Part shown: positions 52,227 through 64,000 of the stretch, piece by piece
Position numbering within the stretch: position 1 is the stretch's first letter
Layout: each line of letters opens with the position of its first letter
From: the human T2T-CHM13v2.0 reference genome, Homo sapiens
DNA: 64,000 nt
Assembly (NCBI RefSeq): GCF_009914755.1
Contig: NC_060938.1
Direction: 5' to 3' (one strand)
Translations under genes and position numbers: made by a program
The notes under the pieces: model-generated
Database searches by the model: none
What the model saw: only the letters and a program-made list of their open reading frames with translations
What the model was told of the DNA's origin: nothing

Positions 52227-54899
52227 AAGTTCTCTGAAAAGTAGAATGATTTTTATGATTTTTTTCTGTTGTCTGTTAAGACTTTTAATTCAGCAAGTCA
52301 GCATGTTTGCACGAAGGATAAACAAACATATAAATGCATAAATTATATCCACCACCCCCCAGAAAATAAGAGGCCAGAACAAGCATGGTTGACAAGAAAA
52401 GTTTCTGTTGAGAGATATAATTCGGAGAAAAGCACCTGGAATAGTGACATGGTCTGAAAGTACCTTGCCAGATTCAAAGGAAGGAGAGATCATTTTATTT
52501 GGAATTTATAGATTCTGGCCTTAAATTCCACTTCTAAGAGATTTTAAAGTAGTTATAAACAAGAAACATCATTTTTTTTCCTTAAAAATCTTCTCAAATT
52601 TTACTTTAACTAGTAATGATTTTTATATTTGGTCAACACTTTCATTCATAATTATCTATAAGGCCCCCATTAGGTTTCAGGAATAGATAAGCTGTCATTG
52701 CCCTTACGGAGCTTTTAGACTAGCTGCAGACATGGACAACTAAGGGAGTAGAGGCCCACCAAGGACGGTGCTTGGCAGACACCAAGCAGCCCAGATTATT
52801 ACCACCACGTATTGCTGGAGTTGCTGGTTCAGGCCTCCCTGTGGTTTAGCATGATGTGGGGAGGCCATATGTTTGTGTGTACACATATGATCACGCATGC
52901 TGGTAAGAGGTACTAGACACATGTTTCCCAGGGGTAACATCTCTCAAATAAAATCACATTGCCATCTGAACTGAGTCCCTGAAGGAAGTATTTACCAGTG
53001 AGATAGAATATAGAAGAGGATATGCCAGAAGAAGGATGAGCTGGGAGAGGAAATTTTTTCTTCTGCAGATATAAGTCCCACTTAGGTCCTGTAGCAGCTT
53101 CTCATTATTACCTACCTGGGCCTGGGGGAATGTAACAACCTGCCTCAACCATTGGACAGATTTGTGAAAAATTTCTATTAGATATCCTTTTCCTTCTTGT
53201 CACTTATCATTTTGCCACGATAGCCAGATGATGCTGTTTCTGCCATGGGTCTCTCCTCAGCTATAGTCAGGCACCAGGAAAGCAGGGAGACCATCTTGTT
53301 CTTATATTAAATATAAGCCCCAAGGGTGATGTACACAACACACTGTATTCTTTAGAGTTGTTTCAAATGAAACAAAAATGTGTGTGTTGGTTAGTGGTTT
53401 TAAGACATTTCATTTCTGAAAACATAGAGATGATAACAAGCAACAAAAGAAAGGTTCCCAAAAGCAAATATTCTTTTTTTTTTTTCTTCCTCTAATAGAG
53501 CCCATTCTCCTCCTGAGGGAGCCCTTTCCTGCTCAGCTGTCATTGAGCCTTCAGGGGAGTTTTCCTCCTGGTAATTTCTCAGAGCCTAATAGGTCTGTTC
53601 CTGGCCCACTGGGTTTTTCTGAGGGCTGATGTATTCCTCTCTTCTAGATTTATCCTCCTTCTCATTTGTTCCTCCCAACTCCAGTGGCCAGAAAAATCAG
53701 ATTCGCTGGGAACATCTGGGATTCCAGAGAGCTCTGATGTGGGAAAGGAAGGGCATCGTGATCTCACAGAAACCCTCCTCTGTAGAGTAAGTACAGGGTC
53801 ACTCTGCCTTACCACACCTGCTGTCTCCCAGAAATTTCCTACCAACTTCACAGCAGCAGCTCCTGCCAAGTTACCAAATATGACAGTATTTCGTTACTAA
53901 GTTAAAGAATCTATTCCTCCCAAACTCTAGTTTCTGAAGATTCTGACATTGATATTTTACTTTTACAAATTATTTGAGAAAAAGCATTTGAATTCTAAGC
54001 ACACAAACATGACAAAAAGGACATAGCTACAAAACGTCCCTTCCCTGGGCATTACAGTCTGCCCCAGCTGCCCCCTCCTCATCCATTGAGGTGTGTAGAA
54101 AAGAGGCAGAAATTGCCCATAATCACGCTATGCCTTTCTACTGTACATCCAATATGTGCTGTCATTATTTCAGTTTTTGAAGCTTCATGGCAGCATTGCC
54201 AGTGAAGATAATAGGGCCTATTATTTTCAATGAGCTCCATCAGGAGGTTTCAATGGGCCTGCTATCACTCGAACAAAGACACATTGGGAAGCAACCCTGC
54301 TTTCTTGTCATCAAAATGGCCGTTAGTTTGTGTGAAGCTAAAGAAGACCCCTTTTCCTTTTCAGTCTGTTGGATTTGAAAGGGCCAAGAAAGGCAGTTTA
54401 GAAAGAAACAAGCCTGACTCCTTGCCTGGCTAGATGTATATATGAGCAGCTTTCGTTTTATAGAATCAATAAGTTCAGCAAAGTAAAGCCTGCCTACCAT
54501 TGATTTCCTATTTACAGCCAGAAATATGTTCCCATGGAAAAATATCTTCAGATAAAAACAATAGAAAAAGCAAATAAAAAACCGAAAATCCTGCCAGCAA
54601 GAAAGTCATTTAGCGATAGTTATGTTTAAGGCAAATTAAGTGATTCTTCACCATTTGTTGGCTCAGACTTGAAATCTCTTTTCTACCCCATTCTTGCCTG
54701 AACTTGAGTTTTTCCTTGTCTTTACATCCACAGCAACTAGGACTCCATCCCAAAGCTCCTTTCATCTGTGTATTACAGTGTCTTAATACTAACCCTTTCT
54801 GAGACCACCATAACAAGATTACTAGTTTTACCCTTCCTAATAGTGGGCAATTTCAGGATTGGTATAATGTATTTTTATGAGTTTGTTAAGTAAAAAATA

Positions 54900-55120
54900 A
54901 AACTCAATAAAATATTTCAACTCTTGAATACTTATGTACATGTTTATAAGTGTGTTACACACTTATTTAATTCTCATAACAGCCCACGAGAGAGTGCCAT
55001 CATTATCCCCATTCACAGAGGAGGACATCCTTGAGGTCTAGAAAGGTGACTTGTTGAAAGTCACTCAGATAACAAGCACCAGAACAGGAGTTGAATTCTA
55101 CAATCTCATTCTAAGGTTCA
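54900..55120 (-). mobile_element. MIR
   Basis: TTATTTAATTCTCATAACAGCCC...ATTATCCCCATTCACAGAGGAGGA...GTGACTTG. Confidence 0.75.
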
Positions 55121-56914
55121 TAAAACATATAGGCGTCTACAGAAAATTCAGCTGTTATAGAGTTGTTTGAAGTACTAATACTTTTGCTTGCTGTATATTC
55201 CCTTACCACCTCCCCACCTGTTCCTTTTCCCTAAATATCTCCATACATGTGGTTAATAGAGTCCTGGTCCATTTCCTCAAGTTTACCAGGGTAGAAAGCA
55301 GAAATAGCTTCAAAATTGCTGTCTCTAGTGTTTTTAAGTTTCTAAATTCCATTAGATGAATTGCTTTAGATGCTTCTATGTCAAAAATATAAAAATGGAG
55401 GCAGTGCATTTGAGAGGAGAGGAATAAAAGATAAGTTGTTTGTGGATCTGCATGTTTTCTACAGAAATGAGCAATGTCTCAGGAAAGCACTCCTGGCAGA
55501 AGGATTTTTGTTGTGTTCAAAAGCCCTGTGGATGCCATATCATAATTTGCAGACTGTCTAGTCTTCACTCCAGTGAGGTCCATCCAAAGCCAGAAGCCAA
55601 GGCTTCAACGGTTCTACCTTCACATCAGCTGCAGGGCAGCACTGACCTTCTCTGGCAGGCCCCAAACCCCACTAAGTCCCAGTGGATGTGGTGCCCTTCT
55701 GTGCCTGCTGAGCTAGCTTAACCGTGTCCAACTTATCTCTACTCTGCAACATTAAAGAATGCCTGTAATCCCAAGAGAAGGAGAGACAGTGGAAGAAGGG
55801 GTGGTACTGAATAGAGCCAACTTAAATTTTCCTGGACTGGGACAGTGGTTAGATACAGCTGTATTATACCAGGTTCATCTTCTGCTGTGTTTGAAATAAG
55901 TACAATCAGGTTTTGACTTACTTAGGCAGGAAAGAATGCTGCACAGCTAGTCTCACCACTTCAGTTGCCTCTCTAATAAATATAAAGTACTACAAAGTTA
56001 ACTGACTCTTAAAAATGGTGTTATCTATGAAGAATGATTGGAAATGTTTGGAATGACCATGGTAAGGTAGCGAAAGATCCCAATGCCACTTGACTTCTGG
56101 TTTACATGTGAGGCTAAAGGGCACAGACAGGAAAAAGTGTTTTATTGATCAGTGTGTACAATACGCATAGTTAATTCTGGATAAGGTTATATTTGTTTAC
56201 TTATGATCTCATTAAAAAACATTTCAATATCTGAGTCTAGCAAAAGTAACTTCCACGATGTATAAATATGCCCCAAATTACTTTGTACCTTTAGCCTTAT
56301 CCCCACTGGTATTCTTGTCACCCTTTCACCAGTAATTGTCATCTGCTTTTAAGAGACCAATAATGCCTACATGTTTAAAAACTTATTTTTAGGAGAAAAC
56401 ATATTACAGTCCCCAAACTCCTTTCATATCCAACAGTCAGGTTACTTCTGATATCTACTTTTTGAGAAAGTAGATAAGTTCATAACAACTTTACAGGTTG
56501 GAAACCACTGACTTGTCCACAAGCCAGTAAGATGTCATAACCTTGGAGTCTGTGCTGTGATTGGTAGCTTAAGCATTTGTTATACCTCTGGACTCTAAAT
56601 TTCTTAAGCAAAGACCATGTCTTTTTAATGTTTCCTAAGCACTATTTAAACACAGTCCATGGGATATAGTGTGTGTTTAATAAATGCTTCCTGATGAATG
56701 ATCAAATATTCTTATTCAACTGAGGGCAAGCTAGACAACAGAGAATATGAGTGAGATCCTCGCTCATCTCCATTACATTACATTAGTTATTTGTAGTTTG
56801 TTACATTAGTTTGTTGTAGTGGTAGGAGAAAATGATACTTAGCTAACAACTATTTGTCCTGTTCTTTCTCAATAGTATTTTTTTATAAGCCTGGCAGAAT
56901 TCTAATTATTTTAA

Positions 56915-57035
56915 AAATATGATTATTTAATCCTCATAATGACCCCATGAAATATTGTTAATGTTAGTATTGTCTGCCTATTTTACAGATGAGAAAACTA
57001 AGGCATATGAGAAGAGATCTACCCAAGGTCACATT
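56915..57035 (-). mobile_element. MIR core
   Basis: TTTAATCCTCATAATGACCCCATG...ATTTTACAGATGAGAAAACTAAGGC...CCCAAGGTCAC. Confidence 0.75.
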
Positions 57036-57549
57036 ATAAGCTTATCAACAAGAATCCTTAGGTGATTCTTCACAGAAATTATCATTATGTCACATTATAC
57101 TTGTACAGATAGTTTAGGTTGATGAGAAATTATGAGTGAACTGGTTAATTATCTATGTTTAAAATTAAGTCTAAATATATTTGTTTTAGACAGATTCTCC
57201 ACTTGTCAATAAATTTCTGTAAAATAGCTTGGCTAGGGGTGAGGCTGGAGGGATTCCAGGTTAGGTGTTTTAGGCTCCAGATTTAAGGTAAATGTTTATG
57301 AACCATGATTTACTCTAGAAGTCTACATCAACAACTTACTTAGATGTAGTTATTCATAAGTCACTCTCAATTATTCACAACATAAGTAAGCTATTTTAAA
57401 ATATAATCGTCCAAGGCTTTTATCACACACCTGCCCACCTAATTCAGCCTGTCAATATATCAATGTAAGTGGATAAAACTTTGCAAATCATATGTTAAAA
57501 GGTGGCATGACAACAGTTAATACAAAAAGGATCTGGGCATATTCGTTAG

Positions 57550-58977
<1,428 letters not shown>

Positions 58978-58999
58978 AAGATAATGTCATTTTATAATA

Positions 59000-59260
59000 A
59001 AAGATAGCTGTACAGTGTCTGGTTAGGGGTGATGAGTCTATATTTGAAGTGTGGGTTTCAATTTAAGAACCTATTTTTAAAGAAGAAAAATGACAGATTT
59101 AGATTACTCACCAAAAGCATGTTAAGGAAGACAAGGATATTTCTAAATTGAAGCAATTAAAGGAGTGGGAGATGTTTGGTCTGAATAACTAAATGATCTA
59201 GAAAGCTCAAAACAGTGTCTTCAAATATTTGAAAGAGCTTCTGTGGTGTGGGATAAATAT
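59000..59260 (+). mobile_element. L3/CR1 fragment
   Basis: TAAAGGAGTGGGAGATGTTTGGTCTGAA...GTCTTCAAATATTTGAA. Confidence 0.5.
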
Positions 59261-59269
59261 TTTCACTTC

Positions 59270-59900
59270 AGACTCCTGCTTTTCTTTTCCGAAATACACC
59301 TTCATCTCTCTATTACCACTGCCTCTGACCTAAAATGCCTCCTTACTGAAATAATTTTCTAATTAGTGTCTTGGCATCTCATATTTCTCCCACATAAACC
59401 CTTCAGAACACACCAGAATTATCTTTCCCAAACAAATCTTACTGTGACATTTCCTGGCTTAAAAACCTCCCAATTGCTCCTTAATGACACAGAGTAAGCG
59501 TGAACTCTCTCAGCCTTACTAGGTTTAAGACTAAAATTCACATTTATATCCTGATACATCTCTCCTATCCCAATACCCCAACCATCAACCTTTCCTCAAG
59601 CCTATCCTTAGGTTTCTTAGAACAAATTACTCTGAAAGACTTTATACTTTCAAATCTGTATTCCTTTAAGCTATTATTTCTCTCTGTCAGCAATTCACCA
59701 CCCCACTTCCCACTTCCAACTGATGAGATTCTATTCCTCCTTTAGAACCAGCTAAAATATGTAATCTCTTCTGTGAGCCCTACCCACCCACAACAGTCAG
59801 AATTCAGAGCTTCTTCAGCATACCATTCGCCCTTTGTACTTCACCACTAGATTATTGTTATTCGTGTGCAAGTCTTTCCACTTGACTTATCAAACAAATA
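59270..59900 (+). mobile_element. L2 fragment
   Basis: CCAGAATTATCTTTCC...GCTTAAAAACCTCCCAATTGCTCC...TCTATTCCTCCTTTAGAACCAGCT. Confidence 0.55.
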
Positions 59901-60049
59901 AGTTTGACAAATCTTCAACTTATCAAACTGATGTCTTCACAACCTATGACAAGTTTTAGGTCAAGAGAATTAATTTTTCTTGAGTCAATGAATGAGGATA
60001 ACACATGGAAAGACAATACACGTGGGCTCAGTAAAATAATATCAATTAT

Positions 60050-60111
60050 GATATTTATAGTAATAGCTACCATTTTGAACCACTTGCAAGGTACAAGGAT
60101 CAAGCAATACT

Positions 60112-60152
<41 letters not shown>

Positions 60153-60315
60153 AGCTTTACCCACACAACCCTAGGCAGTGGGTTATTTACATACAACAAA
60201 TCTGACAGACAAAATGGCTTGCCCCAGGTCACACAACTAATTATAAAACTGGGATTTGAAAACAAGTCTGTCTGTCCCTACAATTCACTCCCCTAACGAT
60301 ACACCAAACTGCCTC
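60050..60315 (-). mobile_element. MIR containing a (CA)n microsatellite (~60115-60151)
   Basis: AATAGCTACCATTT...TGGCTTGCCCCAGGTCACACA...GGGATTTGAA. Confidence 0.75.
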
Positions 60316-60573
60316 TTTAAACCTCCTAAGAATGGGAAGTATCCAGTTGATTCTGTGGCTTCCTCATGAGGTTTGTTTCTGACGGCTGAAAGTGAGTGTT
60401 TCTCAGATATAATTTAGAATGATCACTCTTTGGAAGACTGGACTCTACACAGATATGGCACCGAAGGAGGCATGGCTGAGAAGGGGCACTACCCAGCCAC
60501 CATCTCACGTAATCTCCATCAGTACCTTCCTAGACGCTTTGAATATTTACATTATTTAAATAAAACTATGGTG

Positions 60574-62935
60574 CAGGCTTACATAGGAGATACCGTAGGT
60601 TCAGTTTAGACCACTGTAATAAACAGAATATTTCAATTAAGTGAGTCATAGAAGTTTTTGCTATTACAGCATATATAAAAGTTATGTTTACACTATTGTG
60701 GAGTCTATTAAGTATGCAAAAATATTGTGTCTAAAAAATGCATACATCTTAATTTTAAAATACTTTATTGCTAAAAATGCAAATGATCATCTGAGCCTTC
60801 AGCAAGTCACAGTCTTTTTGCTGGTGGAGTGTCTTGCCTCAGTTTTGATGGCAGCTGACTGATCCGGGTGGTGATTGCTGAAAGTTGTGGTGGCTGCAGC
60901 AGCTTCTTAAAATAAGACAACAGAGTTTGCAGCATTAACTGACTACTCCTTTCAGAAAAGATTTCTCTGTAGCATGCAATGCTATTTGATAGCATTGATA
61001 GCATTTACCCACAGTAGAACTTCTTTCAAATTTAGAGTCGATCATCTCAAACCCTGCTGTTTATCAACTAAGTGTATGTAATATTCTAAATCCTTTGTTT
61101 CATTTCAACAATGTTTACAGCGCCTTCAGCAGGAAAACTTCATCTCAAGAAATCGCTTTGCTCATCCATAGGAGGCAACTCCTCATCCATTCAAGTTTGA
61201 TCATGAGATTGCAGCAATTCAGTCACATTCTCAGGTTTCATTTCTAATTCCAATTTTTGCCATTTCTACATCTGCAGTTCCTTCCTCTACTGAAGTCTTA
61301 AATCCCTCAAAGTCATCCTTGAGGGTTATGATTAACTTCTTCCCAACTCCTGTTAATGTTGATATTTTCACTTTCTCCCATAAATCACAAATGTTCTTAA
61401 TGACATCTAGAGTGATTAATTCTTTCCAGAAGGTTTTTTATTTACTTTGCCCAGAGCCATCAGAGGTATCACTATCTAAGGCAATTATAGTCTTACAAAA
61501 TATATTTCTTAAATAATAAGAAACATCCATTCTGCACCCCATGGATCAGTTATTTTTATTTTCAAGTCTTATTATTTAAGAAATATATTGTTTAAAGCTA
61601 TAGCTTCCTTAGATAGTAAAAACATTAATCTCTTTGTACATCTCCATCAATGCTCTTGGGTGACCCATTGTATTGTCAATGAGCAGTAATATTTTGAAAG
61701 AAATCTTTTCTTTTGAGCAATAGATGTCAGTTGTGGGCTTAAAATATTCAGTAAACCATGTTATAAACAGATTTTCTGTCATCTAGGTTTTGTTGTTCCA
61801 TTTGTAGAGCACAGGCAGAGTAGATTTAGCATCATTCTTAAGGGCCCTAGGATTTTCAGCGTGGTAAATGAATGATGGCTTCAACTTAAAGTCACCAGCT
61901 ACATTGGCCTCTAACAAGTGAGTCAGCCTGCCTTTGAAACTTTGAAGCTGAGCACTGACTTCTCTTCTCTAGCTATGAAAGTCCTAGAAAGCATCAATAA
62001 AAGGCTATTTTGCCTACAATGAAAATCTTTTGTTACATCTTGCATTTTTATTTTACGGAGACAGCTTCTTTCCTGAAACCTCATGAACCTCTGCTAACTT
62101 CAAAATTTCTTTTGCAGCTTCCTGACTGACCTCTCTCAGCCTTCATAGAACTGAAGAGTTAGGGCTTTGACCTGGTTATGCATGGGCAGTTGGAAATGTT
62201 GTGGCTGGTTTGATTTTCTATCTGGACCACTAAAACTTTTTCCACTGAAAGTTATTTCTCCGCTGAAACTTATTTCAGCAATAAGGTGGTTTCACTTTCT
62301 TATCATTTATGTGTTCACTGGAATAGCACTTTATTTCAAGGAATTTTCCTTTGCATTCATTACTTAGGTATTTTTTTAGAGCAAGAGGCCTAGCTTTTGG
62401 TCTATCTCAGCTTTCAACATGCCTTCCTTCCTTACTATGCTTAATCATTTCTAGCTTTTGATTTAAATGAAAGAAATACGAGTCTTCCTTTCACTTGAAT
62501 ATTTAGAAGCCATTGCAGGATTATTAATTGGCCTAATTTCAATATCATATGTCAGGGAATATGCAGGCCCAAAGAGAGGGAGACAGATGGGGAAATGGCC
62601 AGTTGTTGGAACAGTCAGAACACACACAACATTTATCCATTAAGTTCACCTTCTTTATGGGTGTGGTTTGTGGTGCTCCAAAACAACTATAATAATAACA
62701 TCAAAGATCACTGATTACAGATAACCATAACAGATGTAATAATAAAGAAAAAGTTTGAATTATTGCAAGAATTACCAAATATGACACAGAGACACAGAGC
62801 AAGCATGTGCTGTTGGAAAAATGTCAGTGCTAATAAAATTGCTCGATGCAGGGTTGCCACAAACATTCAATTTGTAAAAAATGCAATATCTGTGAAGTGC
62901 AAAAAAGCAAAGGGCAATCAAATGAGGTGCGCTTG
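60574..62935 (-). mobile_element. Near full-length Tigger1 (TcMar-Tigger) DNA transposon, transposase decayed
   Basis: Degenerate TIRs CAGGCTTACATAGGAGATA / AATGAGGTGCGCTTG, ~2.36 kb span, Tigger1 subterminal CTCGATGCAGGGTTGCCACAAAC; no long ORF. Confidence 0.92.
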
Positions 62936-64000
62936 CCCATACTTGTAAATGATCAGAGTCTCCAGACACATACTCTACCTCCATTTGCCCTCTTACAAGA
63001 TTAATGCCCCAATCTCCTCCTGTTAAGAAATGTGGGAGCTGCTACTGACTGCACAGGCCCTAAGGATGCCTTCACATCTAGCATGCATTGAAAAACAAAC
63101 TCAATAGGAAGAGCAGAGATGTAGACAGTATTAATTTTTAGATCCTCTGCTTTATGTTCATTGTGTACATTCTGTGTCACTCTCTTCTCACCCTCCACAG
63201 AGAGCTTTCTTTCTAGATCTGCCAAGGACTTCTTTAAGTTATTAGGACCATAAGTTCTTGCTTGTATTCTTGGCTATTTAAAAACCTAAGAAACATTTTG
63301 AAGTCATTTACTAAACTATTGCTTTCCATTTACTTCTCTTCCTACCAGGGGATATAAGCAAGGAGAAGTTTAATGCATTTATCTTTCCTCTCTGATCGCA
63401 TCTTGCCATCTGTGGTGCAGCCAAGAGGACCATAGAGGACTGCATCTGTAATGATTTTGCTTTAATATTCTGGATGCTACTATATATACCAAATAGACTT
63501 AGGAGGGAACTGAAGCCTGGGGTCTAGATGGGTAAATTCAGCTCAGTTACCTTTCTTTAGATGACTTGCCTGAAGTAGAACATACTAAACTTTCAGGTTT
63601 GTATGTGACATCTTTTAAAATAGCTCTATATGTGTGGCCAGCTCTGTTCAGAAAATGGAACGTCAAAGGTGACTCAGCCTAGCTGAGGCCAGAAGTTTAA
63701 TTCAGAACATAATTTGCTTTCCTTCATTTGCACACTGCAGTTCTGGGGAATAAAAGCCATTATGGAATCAAAGGACAATTTGCTTTTTTGTTGTTGTTGT
63801 TGTTCTGCACTGAATTTTTAAAGGCTTTTTTTTTTAAAAAGAACGTAAACAGATGAATACTACCAGATTCAGTACAGCTTAAAACTAAGTACCTTGAGCT
63901 CTTTTCCATGATAAACAGAAACCAGTCTTGGCTCTCTGCCCCCAAGCGCAGTGCTGCTGCATGTACTCAGTGAGTCAGATTCTCTTCCTTCTCTGGGGGA

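Noticed and set aside
60574-62935. Possible intact Tigger1 transposase
   Set aside because: No long minus-strand ORF in the track, and the internal inversion disrupts the coding region
63400-63425. CTCF-like GCCATCTGTGG
   Set aside because: Spacing of the CCAC half does not fit the CTCF core

Overview
AT-rich primate (very probably human) non-coding DNA, either intergenic or deep-intronic. I recognise no cellular protein-coding exon, rRNA, tRNA or CRISPR array. The window is a mosaic of interspersed repeats: three Alus (2 AluY-like, 1 AluSp-like), two young 5'-truncated L1PA2/3-like copies (one carries the only real long ORF, a 377-aa ORF2p C-terminal fragment), older L1M/L2/L3/MIR fragments, a complete THE1A MaLR provirus with TSD, several solo LTRs (LTR29-like, two LTR8-family, MER67-like, MLT/MST, LTR33) and DNA transposon fossils (near full-length Tigger1, MER58A, MER5, Arthur1-like). 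Repeat-free, motif-dense blocks that could be regulatory lie at about 17.5-19.7, 21-22.5, 40-42 and 54 kb. The other short ORFs in the track look like noise or repeat remnants. I found no convincing new multi-gene system. The most unusual signals are (i) fold-back/template-switch scars, namely a 51-bp-arm inverted duplication inside Tigger1, a perfect 44-bp palindrome and smaller templated hairpins; (ii) an LTR8 inserted exactly into the TATA box of a host LTR and lying head-to-head with a second LTR8; and (iii) an L1 truncation junction that supplies an in-frame ATG to an uninterrupted ORF2p C-terminus. Subfamily names come from recalled consensus sequences and need RepeatMasker/Dfam confirmation. 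Boundaries of old repeats are approximate.
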